From NCBI RefSeq assembly GCF_000315625.1, contig NW_005434667.1, forward strand, positions 214,598 to 278,597: a DNA stretch of 64,000 nt. Direction: 5' to 3'. Position 1 is the first letter of the stretch, and each line of letters starts with the position of its first letter. The position numbers and the translations under genes were made by a program. Shown one piece after another: positions 43,801 through 56,117 of this stretch. The stretch is from Guillardia theta CCMP2712 (taxonomy: Eukaryota; Protista; Cryptophyta). The notes under the pieces were generated by a model that saw nothing but the letters and a program-made list of their open reading frames with translations, ran no database searches and had not been told where the DNA came from.

Positions 43801-46800
43801 GTGGACCCGCCAAGATTCTCTTCAATGCTGTAGATGACGGTGGTACGGTCCCAGGGGCAGGGGAGAATCGTTCAAACACCGGCATCATCGATGTCTCGGT
43901 GCTGCCCATCAATCAGCCTCCTGCGTTCAGCTGCGGGCTGATAGGGAGCCAAGGGGAAGGGTCCAACAATTCTCAGGCAGTGATCTACTCTAGGAAGAAC
44001 CAGGGAGTGGTCCTCCTCTCAAGCTTCATCCAGGATATCACCACAGCCCGCGGCTTCCCTGGCAGGGCTGCGGTGGAGCATGCCAGGGGTTCTAGCCAGC
44101 TCAGTTTCGTAGGCCCGAATTTCACGTCATGGTTCTCAGTGAGGGGGCTGGAGTACTCGTCAGACTTTGTGATCAGCCCGGATAAGAGGCACTTGTACTC
44201 TATCGAGACTGAGAGAGACTCGCTCATCATCCTCAACATCTCTCAGCCCCATGGCCAGACGTTCCTCGATCGCCTCTCTAACAACCAGAACCGCCTCCGC
44301 TTCACCAGGTTGTCCTCCAACACGTCGAATCCTGTGAACATCCAGGGCAACGTCGCCGTCTGCGGCATCAACGGTTTCTCCAACTCGTCCGAGACATTCT
44401 TCGTGTCGAGCACCGGCTGCGATCCTTACTTTGACGTGTACCGCGATATCATGCAGCCAGCCTCCTCCTCTTGCAGTCCTGCCTGCCAGGACGAGACATC
44501 CAGGACAACCGTCGGGCTGTGGAACCTCAACTACGAGGCGATGAAGGGGAGGATGAACTCCAACTCTTTGGGAGCTGGGCTCAAGCTGGACTGCTCCGAT
44601 CCCCTCTATTGTCAGTTCGAGAGGCCCGTGAACTCCGAGCTCTGCAACGAGAAGTACAAGAGTCATATCCAACCCGCCGGCATCCGCGACCAGACGAGCT
44701 TCCTGGGGGCTGCGGTGCTCCTCGGACCGCTCTGCAAGGAGGGCTTCTCCGGTGACTGGGACCGAGCAGACTTCGCACTGTCGCTCAAGAACTTTCTGGT
44801 CAACGACGGGAGGGAGGAGGGTCTACAGTTTGATGGAAAGCTGAACCCTGGGCTGGTGGTCTCGAAAGACATCGACCAGCTCGTGGACGGAGTCCCGTCG
44901 AGCTCGAAACTTCCGCTAGAGGAGATAAGCATGGAGGTCTGGTTCATCCTAGCGCAGAAAGACATCAACCTTGGAGGCCTTATGAGTATCCAACAGCTCA
45001 GCCCCCTCTGCGCCAAGGGCTGGAGTTTGACCTACTCGACAAAGGTGACAGGAGGCCAGTCGGAGACCCAGCTAGTCTTCTCCATCTCGCTGGAGGCGAA
45101 CCTGGGCTCGGGTCAAGGAGGCATGATCAGCGTTGACTATGCTGTTCAGGGGGAAGGTGTGTTCGTGGATTGGACGCAGGTCGTGGCATCATACAACAGG
45201 TCTCACATCCTGCTGCACGTCAACGGGCAGCTGGCTGCCTTGAAGGCAGCATGCAACCAGGAAGACTGCGGCAACATCGTCTACCCAGCGTCGTACAGCA
45301 CCGGGGGGAGGTGCAAGGCAGGGGCCACCATGTTCTCGATAGGAGCGTATCACAACGGCCGGACAGAAGAGACCTTCACCCATGTGGGAGCGATCAAGCG
45401 CGTCCGTGTCACCAATCACTCGCTGTCGACCAGCACAATCTCCCAGCTCTATCAGGATGCCTCTACCCCTGCGAGCCTGCGGCGGACAGCCATGTACAGC
45501 TCTGACTACTGGGTGCAGCTCAAGAATTCGTCGGGGATTTACTCGCCAACTTCGACATCCGCCATGGTCGACGAGCATCTGTCGCTGCAACTCTTCGGTC
45601 GCTTCGACTCTACGGGCATCTACCGCCTCGAGTTCGAGGCCACGGCTGCCAACATGAGCTCCGACAACTGCTCGCTGGGAGGCTCGGAGGCTGACGGCTT
45701 CTACCAGACCCTCATCTGCTTCACTCCCTACTGGACCCTCGGGTACCGCTGGACCAACGTGTCGGTGAGCAAGAAGGTAGGGGGGGGGTGGTACCGACTG
45801 TGGCAGAAAGTCTGCATCTCGAGCTTGTGCGGGTACTTGCCCATCACTGCAAGGCCAACAAGTTGGTGGACAGACTCGCAGCGTCTGTTGCTCCCCGGGA
45901 TGACCGGAGCCATGACTGACTTTCTCTTCTACACTCGATCCCTAGTGTTTCTCCTCGAGAGCAGCAGTAAGAACCTTGTTTCCGCTCAATTCTGCGCATC
46001 TCCGATCGTCAACGCCAGCGCAGGAGCATGCGACGGTCTGGATCAGCTTCCGACTGACAGAGTGAAAGGGTCAGCTTCCTCCATCACCTTCTCTCGCAAT
46101 GGCAATGCGTTCCTGGCCGTCGCCAACTTCTGGGATGGTCGGGAATTCCGAGTGACAAGCCCCATCTTTCAGCTGGACGTGGCCAGCAGGCAGCTGCTCC
46201 CTCTGCAGGACGTCCAGACGGATGGCGCCAGGCAGTGGCTGCACTTGGAGCTGAATGGAACGGATTTCTTGATGGTGGCCAACTTCAACAGCGAGTCAGC
46301 GGTTTATCCATTCCAGGCCGATAGCGATCTCCTCGACGAGGCTTCCATGGTCTCCATCCCCACGAAGCATGCTGCTGCCATGACTCAGTTCGAGAGATCG
46401 GGACGTTTGTTCGTCGCCTTTGCGTCCTTCACCTTCGATGAGATGACTTCGTCGGACGTCTACATGCTCTCGTCTCCTGTTGGAACCTCAGACGTCTTCT
46501 TCACGCTGATCAGCCAAGTCAACATCACAAGAGCAGTGGACGTGAAGTACTTCCAAGACAACAACGAATTATACCTTATCTATGCGTCATTGGATGCTGG
46601 TGCTTCTGCTGTCTATCGGTTGGACTTCTCCTCTCCTACTGACTTACAACTCGTTAAGGTTCAAGCTTTGCTGACTGCAGGTGTCACATCCATAACAACA
46701 TTCTACGACCCCAACGTCTACTGCACCCTGGCCAAGACCGATGGAGTCTTGAGTGTGCTTCGATGGAACGGGACCAGGTTCCTCGGGGTGGTGAATGAGA

Positions 46801-49800
46801 ATACTCTCCCAGACGACGCTGCTGGGGGTCAAGACATCTCCGCTGCTAACGTCTTCGCGTCTACCGTCGTGACTGCCCCGACGGGGCTCTACCTTTCCTG
46901 GATGGGAGGGCACGGCCTGAGCTACCCGCTGCCCCTGGAGGTCTACGAGGGGTCACTAGAGCCGATCCGAGAGATGACTAGGCCCCTGCTAGTGGAGATG
47001 TCCCCCGACGGTGACTTCCTCTACGTCGCTACTGAGACATCGCGAGCCATCCTGGCGTTCAGGAGGGACCAGCAGTCTGGCTACCTCCATCGCCATGAGG
47101 CAGGAGACTTCTTCAGCGAGTGGACGAAGAATCAGAGCATCCCGCGCCTCTTAGTCTCCTCTGTTGCCCTCGGCTTCCCTCTACGGGGCCTCAGCTCTAT
47201 GATAGTTGATACAGACATGCTGTACGCGGCAAGTTTCCTTGACTCCTCCATCGCCATTTTCTCCAGGAACCCTGTCAACGGCTCCCTTGCACTGCTCGAT
47301 GTGATCTTAGCGTCCTCGGCTCGAACTGGTCTCACAGGCCTCAAGGCGATCTTTCTCAGCGGGTCGTTGCTGTACGCGGCCGGGATCAAGGATCAGGCCC
47401 TGTCGGTGTGGAGGAAGACAACCGAAGGCTCCCTGGCGTACGTCGATCACATCAGGAACGGCGAACGGATCCCGAGCACGTACCATGGAAACGTTCCGAG
47501 CCCCGATGAACTGCAAATCTACAACTTCGTTTCCGACAGCCTATCGAACTTGACGTTCACAGGGCCACGGGATGCCGCCAACTTCGCCTTCGACGGTCGC
47601 ACATTCCTCGCGCTTGCCTATGCTCCCTTTGAGACTGAATCTTCAGCCACTGACAAGTTCGCCGGGGTTGTGATCCTTGCCTACGCCGACTCCTCCATCC
47701 CCAAGTTCGACCTTGTCCAGCTGCTTCAGAGCTCGCAAGTGAATCCCGGCTGCCTCGCTTTCTTTGAGACTCAGCAGGGTTCCTCCTTCTCACGCTTCCT
47801 CGTCGTGGGCAACATGTTCTCCAACATCCCTGGAAGGAGCGCAAGTGGCGTCGAAGTCTTCAAGTGGGACCAGGGACAGTTCAGCAGTGTTGGTGCCGTT
47901 GAGGACGAGACCAAGTACTACCCGAGCAGCTTGAAGGTCTTCCAGCAAGGGGACACGACCTTCCTGGCCGTGTCAGTGCTATGGGATGGAGACTCGTACC
48001 AGATTCCTTCTCGTCTCTACCGGTGGAATCCTTCAGCTGAAAAGTTCGAGCTGGTACAGCTGTTCCCCTTGTCCAACGCTCTCGACGTAGAAGTTGCGGC
48101 TAGCAACAACGAACTTCACATCATCTTCACTGCAGCGGAATGCAGCAACAGGCTGTCCTGCCTCCAGTTCTACTCCCAGCCTTCTTCTGCTGCTCCCTTC
48201 CAGCGGACACAGCAGGTTCTCCTCGACGGGGCTGTCGACAGCACCACCTTGGAGATCGACGGCGAGCTCTTCGTCGCCATCGCCTGTCGTGAGTTTTTAT
48301 CTCGGCCGAGCGAGTCTCCGCTCGGCAAGTACGACGGGTCCTCGTATGTCTACAAGTATCACAGAGACGTCAAGACCTTTGAGCGCTATCAGACGATCAG
48401 CGGTCAGGACTTCCCGTGCATCTTCGAGAGCGGGATGGAGGCAGTATGGCAGAATTACTTCTGCAGCGACCAGTGCTCATTCAGGGAGGGCTGGAGCTCC
48501 GACGTCCTCGAGCAGTTCCGAGGAGCTACGTCAGTCACTTCCTTCCGATCGCAAGGAGAGTTGTACCTCGTTATGGCACAGTCCGTGTGTGAGCTCAACG
48601 CCGACTGCTCCTCCATCCAGCCGCAGTCTACCGTCCTGCAGTGGAACAAGCACGACAAGAAGTTTGGAGAGCTGCTTTCCCTCACCGACTTCGAGAGCAT
48701 CCGCCTCAAGGGCTATCCTGTCGCTCCCCAGGACCTCACGCACCACCAGTTCCCCCTCCGGCTTGACATCGGCCGAGCCCTGCGCGTCAAGTACGTGGAG
48801 TTTGCAGACGAACCTTACCTCTTGGCTCTCAGTCTCAGTAAGGGAACTCTCCTTACGCACTTCAAGTTCGATCAGATCTCGGGCCTCCAGAGCCCCTCCC
48901 TCATCTCCTCCCTCCCTGACGATCCCTTCCTCTACGTCGTCAACGAGCCGTACGGCCAAGTCTCGTCCTTCAGCAAGTGGGGCTATCCCGAGAGCTCCTC
49001 CTACGACTTCAGCCACTGCCCGAGCTCGACCCGTCCTGCTTGCCTTGCGTTCGTCAATTCGACTACCGTCAACATGAACGCTCAGATATCAAAGTTTCCT
49101 CAGCAGATCTCCGGCACGAAGCGAGTGTTCCTCGAGCGAGGCAGCTGCCTCTCCTCTACCAGCCAGTGCACCTTCATCAACTTTCACGCTGCTAACAAGA
49201 GGAACGAGCTTCGTTGCGGGGCCCAGCCTATCTACCCCTCAGATGCCGTCGTCAACCCGAGAGACAGGGCTGCCTGTCAGTCTGTCGACTTCCACATCGT
49301 CAAGGAACAGACTGCAGGCACGTCAGACTCGCTCAAGTTCGTTCCCGTAGTCTACGGCAACGGCAGCCTGCTTTTCGAAACTTCCTTCGGTCGTTTTGGA
49401 TCCAACAGCTACAAGATCTTACTGAGAGACAGTGACAACTCCTCCTCCTCTGTCCTTGACCTCAAGATCATCATCAACGACACCAACACAGCCCCGACCT
49501 TCGTCGCCTACGACATCGTCATGAATGAGATGTCCACAGGAAGCAGCGGCCTCGAGCTCGTCTTTGCCACCGGCGTCAGCGCAGGTTCCAACGAGACCAA
49601 CCAGAACATTACGTGGCTCTTCTCCTACAGCTCCCCACAGCTCTTCTCGCAGCAGCCCATCCTCAGCTTCAGCAGAGATCTCCTTGGAAACCTCCAGGGC
49701 ATCGTGAAGTTCCCAGCCAACACTGCCATCATGAAAGGCACGGCCGATTTCTCCGTCAGGCTGGCTGACGATGGTCCTTCATCACTACTCACCGGGGACA

Positions 49801-52429
49801 GGAACGTGTCAGATCCTGCTCGCTTCCTCCTCACCGTGCGCTCGCTCTACGTCCCCTCGTTCCAGCTCGTCAGGTCCACCCTCACTCTCGAGGCAGGGAG
49901 TACCTGGTCTGAGAGCCTCGTCAACAACATCCGGACGAAGCCGTACGACACGACAGCGACTAATTATCACTTCCAGCTGCAGCCCATCAGCAGCTCAGCA
50001 GGGCTGGCGACAGACATCATGAGCGCGGTCAGCTACTTCAACATCAGCAAGTCAGGTGTCGGCAGTTTCTCCGTCCTCGCTGACGCCTGCGGCGTCTACC
50101 AGTCGAACATCCTCCTGGTCGTTGACGATGCAGAGCAGCCTCGCCCCCCGTCCTTCCTCAGACCCTTCGAGCTTGCGGTCACCTCGCAGTCTGTCGTGGA
50201 GCTGAGGCAGCCGGGGAGCCTGAAGGTGCTGCAGGGAAGCACTTTCAGCGCTAAATGGTTCGAGTTCCTCACCGTCCGTGACTGCCATCGCCTGAGCACC
50301 CGACCAGTCACTTACGCGCTGCAGTTTGACAACTCCGACAAGTTCCTTGAGACCCCGCAAACTCTCAGCGACGGGACCCTCAGCTTCCGCCTTGTCTCCA
50401 CCTTCGTTGGCGTCATCCGCCTCAACGTCACCATGAGCTTTGACGCCTCCGTCACCGTCACCGTCCGCAACAACCACCTGCCCTTCGAGCTCTTCGTCGA
50501 GAGGAAGGCCGGACTACCCACCTTTGAGATCTCTCAGACCCTAATCAAGGTTGTCCAGAGCCAGTCTCCCCAGCTCGTCCCCGGCTACGTCAGAGTCCTG
50601 CCGTACCTCGTGCAGAACTGCAGCTTCTTCGTGAATCTCGCCACCTCCATCAGCATGTTTGACGCGACGCCGCTGATCGATGCGGAGGGCAACCTTCGCT
50701 TCACCACCGGGCGGGACCATGGCGACGTCGTTGTGTTTGTCATCTTCAGGTTCGACGACGGAGTGGACCAGGTGTACGAGACAGCCAACGCCACCATCTC
50801 CATCATCCCTCAGCCCCGCATCCTCTCCATCTTCCCCAGTCTCGTCCCCACTCGCGGGGCCAGCATCACCATCCGAGGAGAGAACTTTGCGGGAGCTCAG
50901 GAGTCCGTGGATGTGTTTGTGGGAGGGAGAACCTGTCAGACCATCCGTCAGCTCTCTCCAGCTGAGCTGACCTGCGTCGTCCCAGCTGGTTTCGGCATGA
51001 TGAGCGTGTCCGTCAACATCAGCAGCGAAAGTCTCTCGCGCTCCTCCCCGACCGTCTCGTCCATCTACATGGGCCACATCGCCATCGCAGGCTCGACCGC
51101 CGGCAACATGCAGGCCCGAGGCCTCGTCGCTCTCGCTCCCTCCGCGACCAGGAGCGTGTGGCCTCTCAGTTTCCTTCCTTCAGCCCTCCGCCTCCCCGTC
51201 GACGCGTCTCACGGCGTGCGAGCGATGGCTTCATCTTCAGGAGCAGGAGGCGACCTGACCCTCTACCTCGGGGGCTCCTTCTCCAGCCTCGGGGGACTGC
51301 AAGTACAAAATGTAGCAGGTGAGCAGGGAGAGAGCGGAGTAGGAGGAGGAAGAAGGAGGGGAAAGAAGGGAGTGTTGAGGACGGAGGAAGCAAGCTGACG
51401 TCTCGTGCAGGCTGGAAGGAGAATCGATCGTTCGCGCTGGGGCTTGGGGTCAACGGGGCTGTGTCAGACATGTGCGTCGTCAAGGGGAGCCTCGTCGTCG
51501 TGGGCTCCTTCACCAAGGCGATGAACCAGCAGGACGTGGTTGACTCTCCTTTCATCGCCTCCTGGGACGGCAGCCGGTGGATGCCCTTCGGCGATGGCTC
51601 GCTGGTCTACGGGAGCATCCTCTCAGTCCTGTGCAGCGAAACAGAGGCGAGTGAGGGGGAGGGGGAGGGAGCTGCTGACCCAGACTGCAGGTCTTCGTGG
51701 GCGGGAGGATCGAGAAGATCGGCGACATGGCGGTCGGTCGAGTCGCCAAGTTCTCGTTCCTGGAGGGCAGCTGGAGTGTCCTCGGCAACGGGACCGGACT
51801 GAGAGGAGGCAACGTGCACGCTATGGTGGAGATGGACGGGGCTGTGCTGATAGGAGGAAGCTTCACCGCTGCTGGACAGGTAGCTTTCTCTCTCCCTTCC
51901 CACTCCCTGACTGATGCTGCCCAGCTTACCTCCGGCAAGCTCGTGGCCTGGAGGAGGACGAGGTTTGAGGCGCTGGGGGAGATAGGAGGAGACGTGTACT
52001 CGCTGGCGGTGGTGGGGACAAGTCTGTTCCTCGGAGGAAACTTCTTGTCCATCAACGGGGTCAGCATAGAGCGCGTCGCTCGCTACCAGAACGGTCGCTT
52101 CTTCGCCCTTGACCCCGTGAGAGACGGTACCGTCATGAGCATCGCTTTCGCTGATGGCTGCATGTGAGTGAACTTAACCTCCTCCTCCTCCTTTCCCTTC
52201 CTCTCGTTCTGCTCGCCCTCCTCTCGTTCTGCTCGCCCTCCTCTCCCTCCTGCAGTTGCTTCCCTCCTCCCCCACTCACATCTGTTCAATCAGCTACGCG
52301 GGTGGGACCTTCACTGGGAGTTTGGCCGCGTGGTGCAAGCGAGAGGGAACAACCTGGACGGGCGAGAACGTGACAAGCTTCCCGGAGCTCGGACCAGTCT
52401 ACAAGGTCATCCCTATCCTTCAGAGCTGA
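34874..52429 (+). CDS. Giant (~5,700 aa) secreted adhesin-like protein with IPT/TIG repeats, cadherin-like repeats, LamG, EAR/EPTP repeats and beta-propellers; two -1 frameshifts
   Basis: ORFs 34874-35881, 35842-39708 and 39531-51398 are collinear in domain content. There is an N-terminal signal peptide, about 11 GPxxGG...VxGxGF IPT units, about 14 VNxPPxF...DDGG units, LamG at about 44910-45455, and EAR-like FLAVAN/S.IY.W repeats. Four small terminal exons with LYxGGxF repeats end ...GCI|YAGGTFTG...IPILQS* (stop 52427-52429). Confidence 0.85.
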
Positions 52430-52509
52430 GCCAAGAAGCGCGAAGGGAGGGAAAGGAGGATTGTGAGGAGAAACGAGAGCTTGTTTAGAGAGCTATACTT
52501 GTTCCCTGC

Positions 52510-54879
52510 TCATCCGTCCATTACATCCTTCATCGCTCTGTCTTCCTCCCCCTCAGCAAAGCTAATCAGATCCTGATTGAATTCTTCTGGCTTCTCTTCC
52601 CCTCGATCTGCTTCTTCTTCCTCCCCCCCCCTCGTCTCCTTGTTCTCCTCCTCTACCTCCTTCTCCTCCTCCGCAAGCGGCTCTCCATCCTCGTCCGGCA
52701 CAGCCGTTCGCTCCCCCCCAACTGTCTCCACGAGCTTCTCGAGCATTTCGCTCATCCTCTCCAGCCTCTGCTGCCCGACCTCTGCGTCCCGCTGCATGAA
52801 GGACACCATGAGCTGCTTCATCTCCTTCATCTCCTCCGCCATGGCAGCGCTCGTTCGGCTCAGCGCTTCCAGCTTCTCCTCCTCCTTCCTCCCCTCGTCC
52901 TTGAGCAGCAGCCACTTGAGGGTCAGCAGTATGGCGTCCTTAGGCTTGCCTGCTCCTTCCAGCGCTCTGTTGACCCCGCGGTGAAGGAACAGCGCGAGCT
53001 GCTCCTTCATGACCTGCACGAAGCTGCTGAACGTCAGCGACGAGTCCTCGCCCTGCAGGTCCGACGTCATCTCCTGCCAGTCCTCAACCGACAGGTAGAA
53101 ACCCTGCCCCATCAGCTTCCTCAGCCCCTCGTCCGTCTCCTGGAACGAGACCGTCCCCGAGCCGTCCACGTCGAGCCGCTTGAAGATCGCTTGCAGAGAC
53201 GCGTCGAGGTCCTCGGGAGACTTGAACTGGTGAGGTCACGTGAGAGAGAGCGAGAGAGAGGAGGAGGAGAGGAGAGGAGAGCGGGAGGTAAGCAGAAAGA
53301 GAAGATGAACAAGAGGAGGAGGGGAAGAGGAAAGAAGAGACTGACGTGCGAGAGAACTTGGAGAAGGGGGTCGAGCGAGTTGAAGTCTCGTAGGGGAGCG
53401 CTCTTTGCCTTCTCCTCCTGCCTCGCCTTGGACATGGTGGCGAGGAACTCGTCGAGTAGCACGGCAACGATGATGTTTCTGCGTCAAGAGAGGGTCAGTG
53501 CTGAGAGGATGGGGAGAAGCGGAGAGGACGAGAAGGTGAGACGAGGAGGGGCAGGGCGGGCAAGGAGCAAGGATCGTGGCTTACATGAGGAGGATAGAGG
53601 CGATCAGCATGTAGGAGGTGAAGAAGAGGGCGGTAGGGACGCTGATCCTCGAGTCTTCATCCAGCAGCGAGCGGGTCACGCTGCTCGCCCACGAGTCGCC
53701 AGTGACGCACTGGAACATGGTGAAGAGGGAGGAGGAGAACGTCCCGAAGAATCGTTTGTTCCGCTCCCCGAAGAACTCCACCGCCATGATCGCGTACACG
53801 CAAGTCACGAGCCCCAACATGAGGAACGTGTTCATGACAGGAACCAGCGCCTGTGACAGCCCCTGCATGATCAGCCGTAGCGACTTGATCTGGTCGAGGA
53901 GGCGGAGGAGGCGGAGGATACGGAGGGAGCGGAGCTGGTTGAGGACGGGAAACCAGCCGCCGATCGCGATGAGGCTGCTCATGACGACCACGAAGTCAAA
54001 GATGCGCCACATGCTCTTGAAGAATCGCCGGACGCGGAACGCTGCCAGCTCCACCCCCAGCTCAGCAGCGAAGAGGAGCGTGATGAGAGCGTTGAGAAAG
54101 AGGAACACGGCGCGGAGGTTCGAGCCCTCGGGAGGCTTCACCTCTACCTCGACAGCAGACAGCAGGAAGCTGAAAGTGATGCTCAACTGGGAGAAGTAGA
54201 GGAAACTCCTTGAGTTGTACATGCTGTCAGCAAGGGCAAGAAGCCTCTCCTGCATGTTCATGTTGCTCACGAGCTGATGGCTCCTCTTCCTCGCCGCGAT
54301 CGCCATCGCGCTCTTGATGTTCTCGAACCAGGTGCGGCAGACGTGAGTCTTGCTGCAGCGGAACAAGTAGACTCGCCCCGAGTTGTGGCCCATCTCCATC
54401 GTCTCGATCTTGAAGCAGTTCGCCTCCTCCGAGTCCCCGAGGATGTCGAGGACGTGGGAGGAGCTGTCCTCCTTCAGGAACGAGTACTGCCTCACCTTGC
54501 TGAACGACGACGACACCAGGGCAAGCGTGCCAGACGGCTGGGCCGTCTTCTCGGTCTCGATCACCTCCTTCACCTCCGACATATAGTTGCACTGGTGGAT
54601 GCTCACGATTTCATGCAAGGGGATCCAGTCGATGCACGAGTTCTCTCCCTGCACGCTCATCGCGAGAATGTCCTCCGTTAGCACCCCGGTCACATTCCTC
54701 CACCCTGCCGTCCCGCTGTAGCTCGCGTGTTTCTCCAGGTCCCCCGCGAAGATCTGGTCGCCGGGATGCGGCATCTCTATGAACAAGTCCTGCACAGTCG
54801 TGTACCTGGACTGGTGGGCGTCCCGCAGCTTGATCAGCTTGGAGATGGCCCCGGTTGCTGTAGCTTCCTCCCCCATCAT
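52510..54879 (-). CDS. Single-domain (6TM) voltage-gated cation channel with N-terminal PH domain, C-terminal EF-hand and coiled coil (5' end uncertain)
   Basis: S3 WRIFDFVVV, S4 LRSLRILRLLRLL, pore TMFQCVTGDSW and S6 LM|NIIVAVLLDEF. EF-hand FKRLDVDGSGTVSFQE. PH-like region LEKH...WRNVTGVL...IPLHEI...RVYLFRC...TWFENI. Confidence 0.88.
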
Positions 54880-56117
54880 CTTTGTTGGAACCTGCGAGTA
54901 TGAATCAGCACAACAGCTCGTGCTACACTTCCCTGGGATGTTCTCTGAGCAGTGGCGACCTAGTTATCTTCTCCTTCTCTCCTCGTCACGCTCTTCCATT
55001 TTCACTGCTGCTACGTTGTTTCTTTTGAGTAAGTACCCTCTCCACCTTCATGCTCCTGCTTCACCTCACCTCTCTGCTGTTCTGCTGTCTCGAAACCCCC
55101 CCCTTTCCCCTTCCCCTTCCCCTTCCCTCTCCTCCTCCTCCTCCTCCTCCGCCATTCTGCTTCCCTCCTCCTGTTCCCCCATTCTCCCCGACATGTTCGC
55201 TCATATTAACTAAACTTTATCCGTACAAAACACAAAGCATCGAAACTACTTGGCAACCCACGGACTCATCCCCCTCATACCCATCATCCCCCTCATACCC
55301 CAAACTCCCACGCAATCCATCAGTACCCCCACCCTCGTCGCCTACTGACTCATCACTACCCCGTAGAAGTACCGAAAATACACGGGTACTTTTGGGTTTG
55401 GAGTATGACCACCCTCCGGCATTTGTGCACGAAACACGGTGAATAGAGGGGGTAGGGTAGTGGATTGGAGGGGAGGGAGGGGACGGGGTACTGTCTCCTC
55501 TGTGAGACAGCGGAAGCAGGAGGAGGAGGGAGGACGAGCGGGAAGGAGGGGAGGATGAGGAGAGAGAACGAGGATACGGGGCATAACAATGCTGCATTAG
55601 CCGATGTGATGCTCAGAGAAAGTGAGTAGAATCGCCACAGATCTCGCAGGTCAGGGGGAGGAGAAAAATCCAAGAGAAACATTCGTGTAGGTACGAGCAC
55701 CGGCGGAGAGGATCAGAAGGAAAGAAGAAACTGAGATCATCAGACAGCATGAAATGATGGAAAATTACCAATTCTAGCAATGAATGAGAAGAGCCGATTG
55801 CTCTGGTTGACCCTGACCTTTGGAGTGCAAAGAGAAGGATCGGAAACCCTTGGCAGCAGAAGGCAGGGTAGAGCAAGAGCAAGAGAAAGGGGCTGCAGAA
55901 CTCGATGCAGAGAAGCAAGATGTTGCATGACAAAGATAAAGTTGTGGAGCAGAGCCAGGCTGTGAGAGGCCAACAGCAGGGAAGGACAGGAGTTTGTCCC
56001 GCGGCCATGACAGCATCAGGCGTGTGAACCGAGTTGACTTTGAGCCTCAGGTCTGATCGCATTCTCGCACTCTACAAGAGAAAGCAAAGAGCGGTTGATC
56101 GTTGGGCTTCAGAGGAG

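Noticed and set aside
48094-49077. 327-aa alternative-frame ORF inside the giant gene
   Set aside because: Ser/Thr/Arg-rich off-frame product expected from C-ending codon bias.
52981-54681. + strand ORFs of 130-291 aa
   Set aside because: Antisense shadows of the channel gene.
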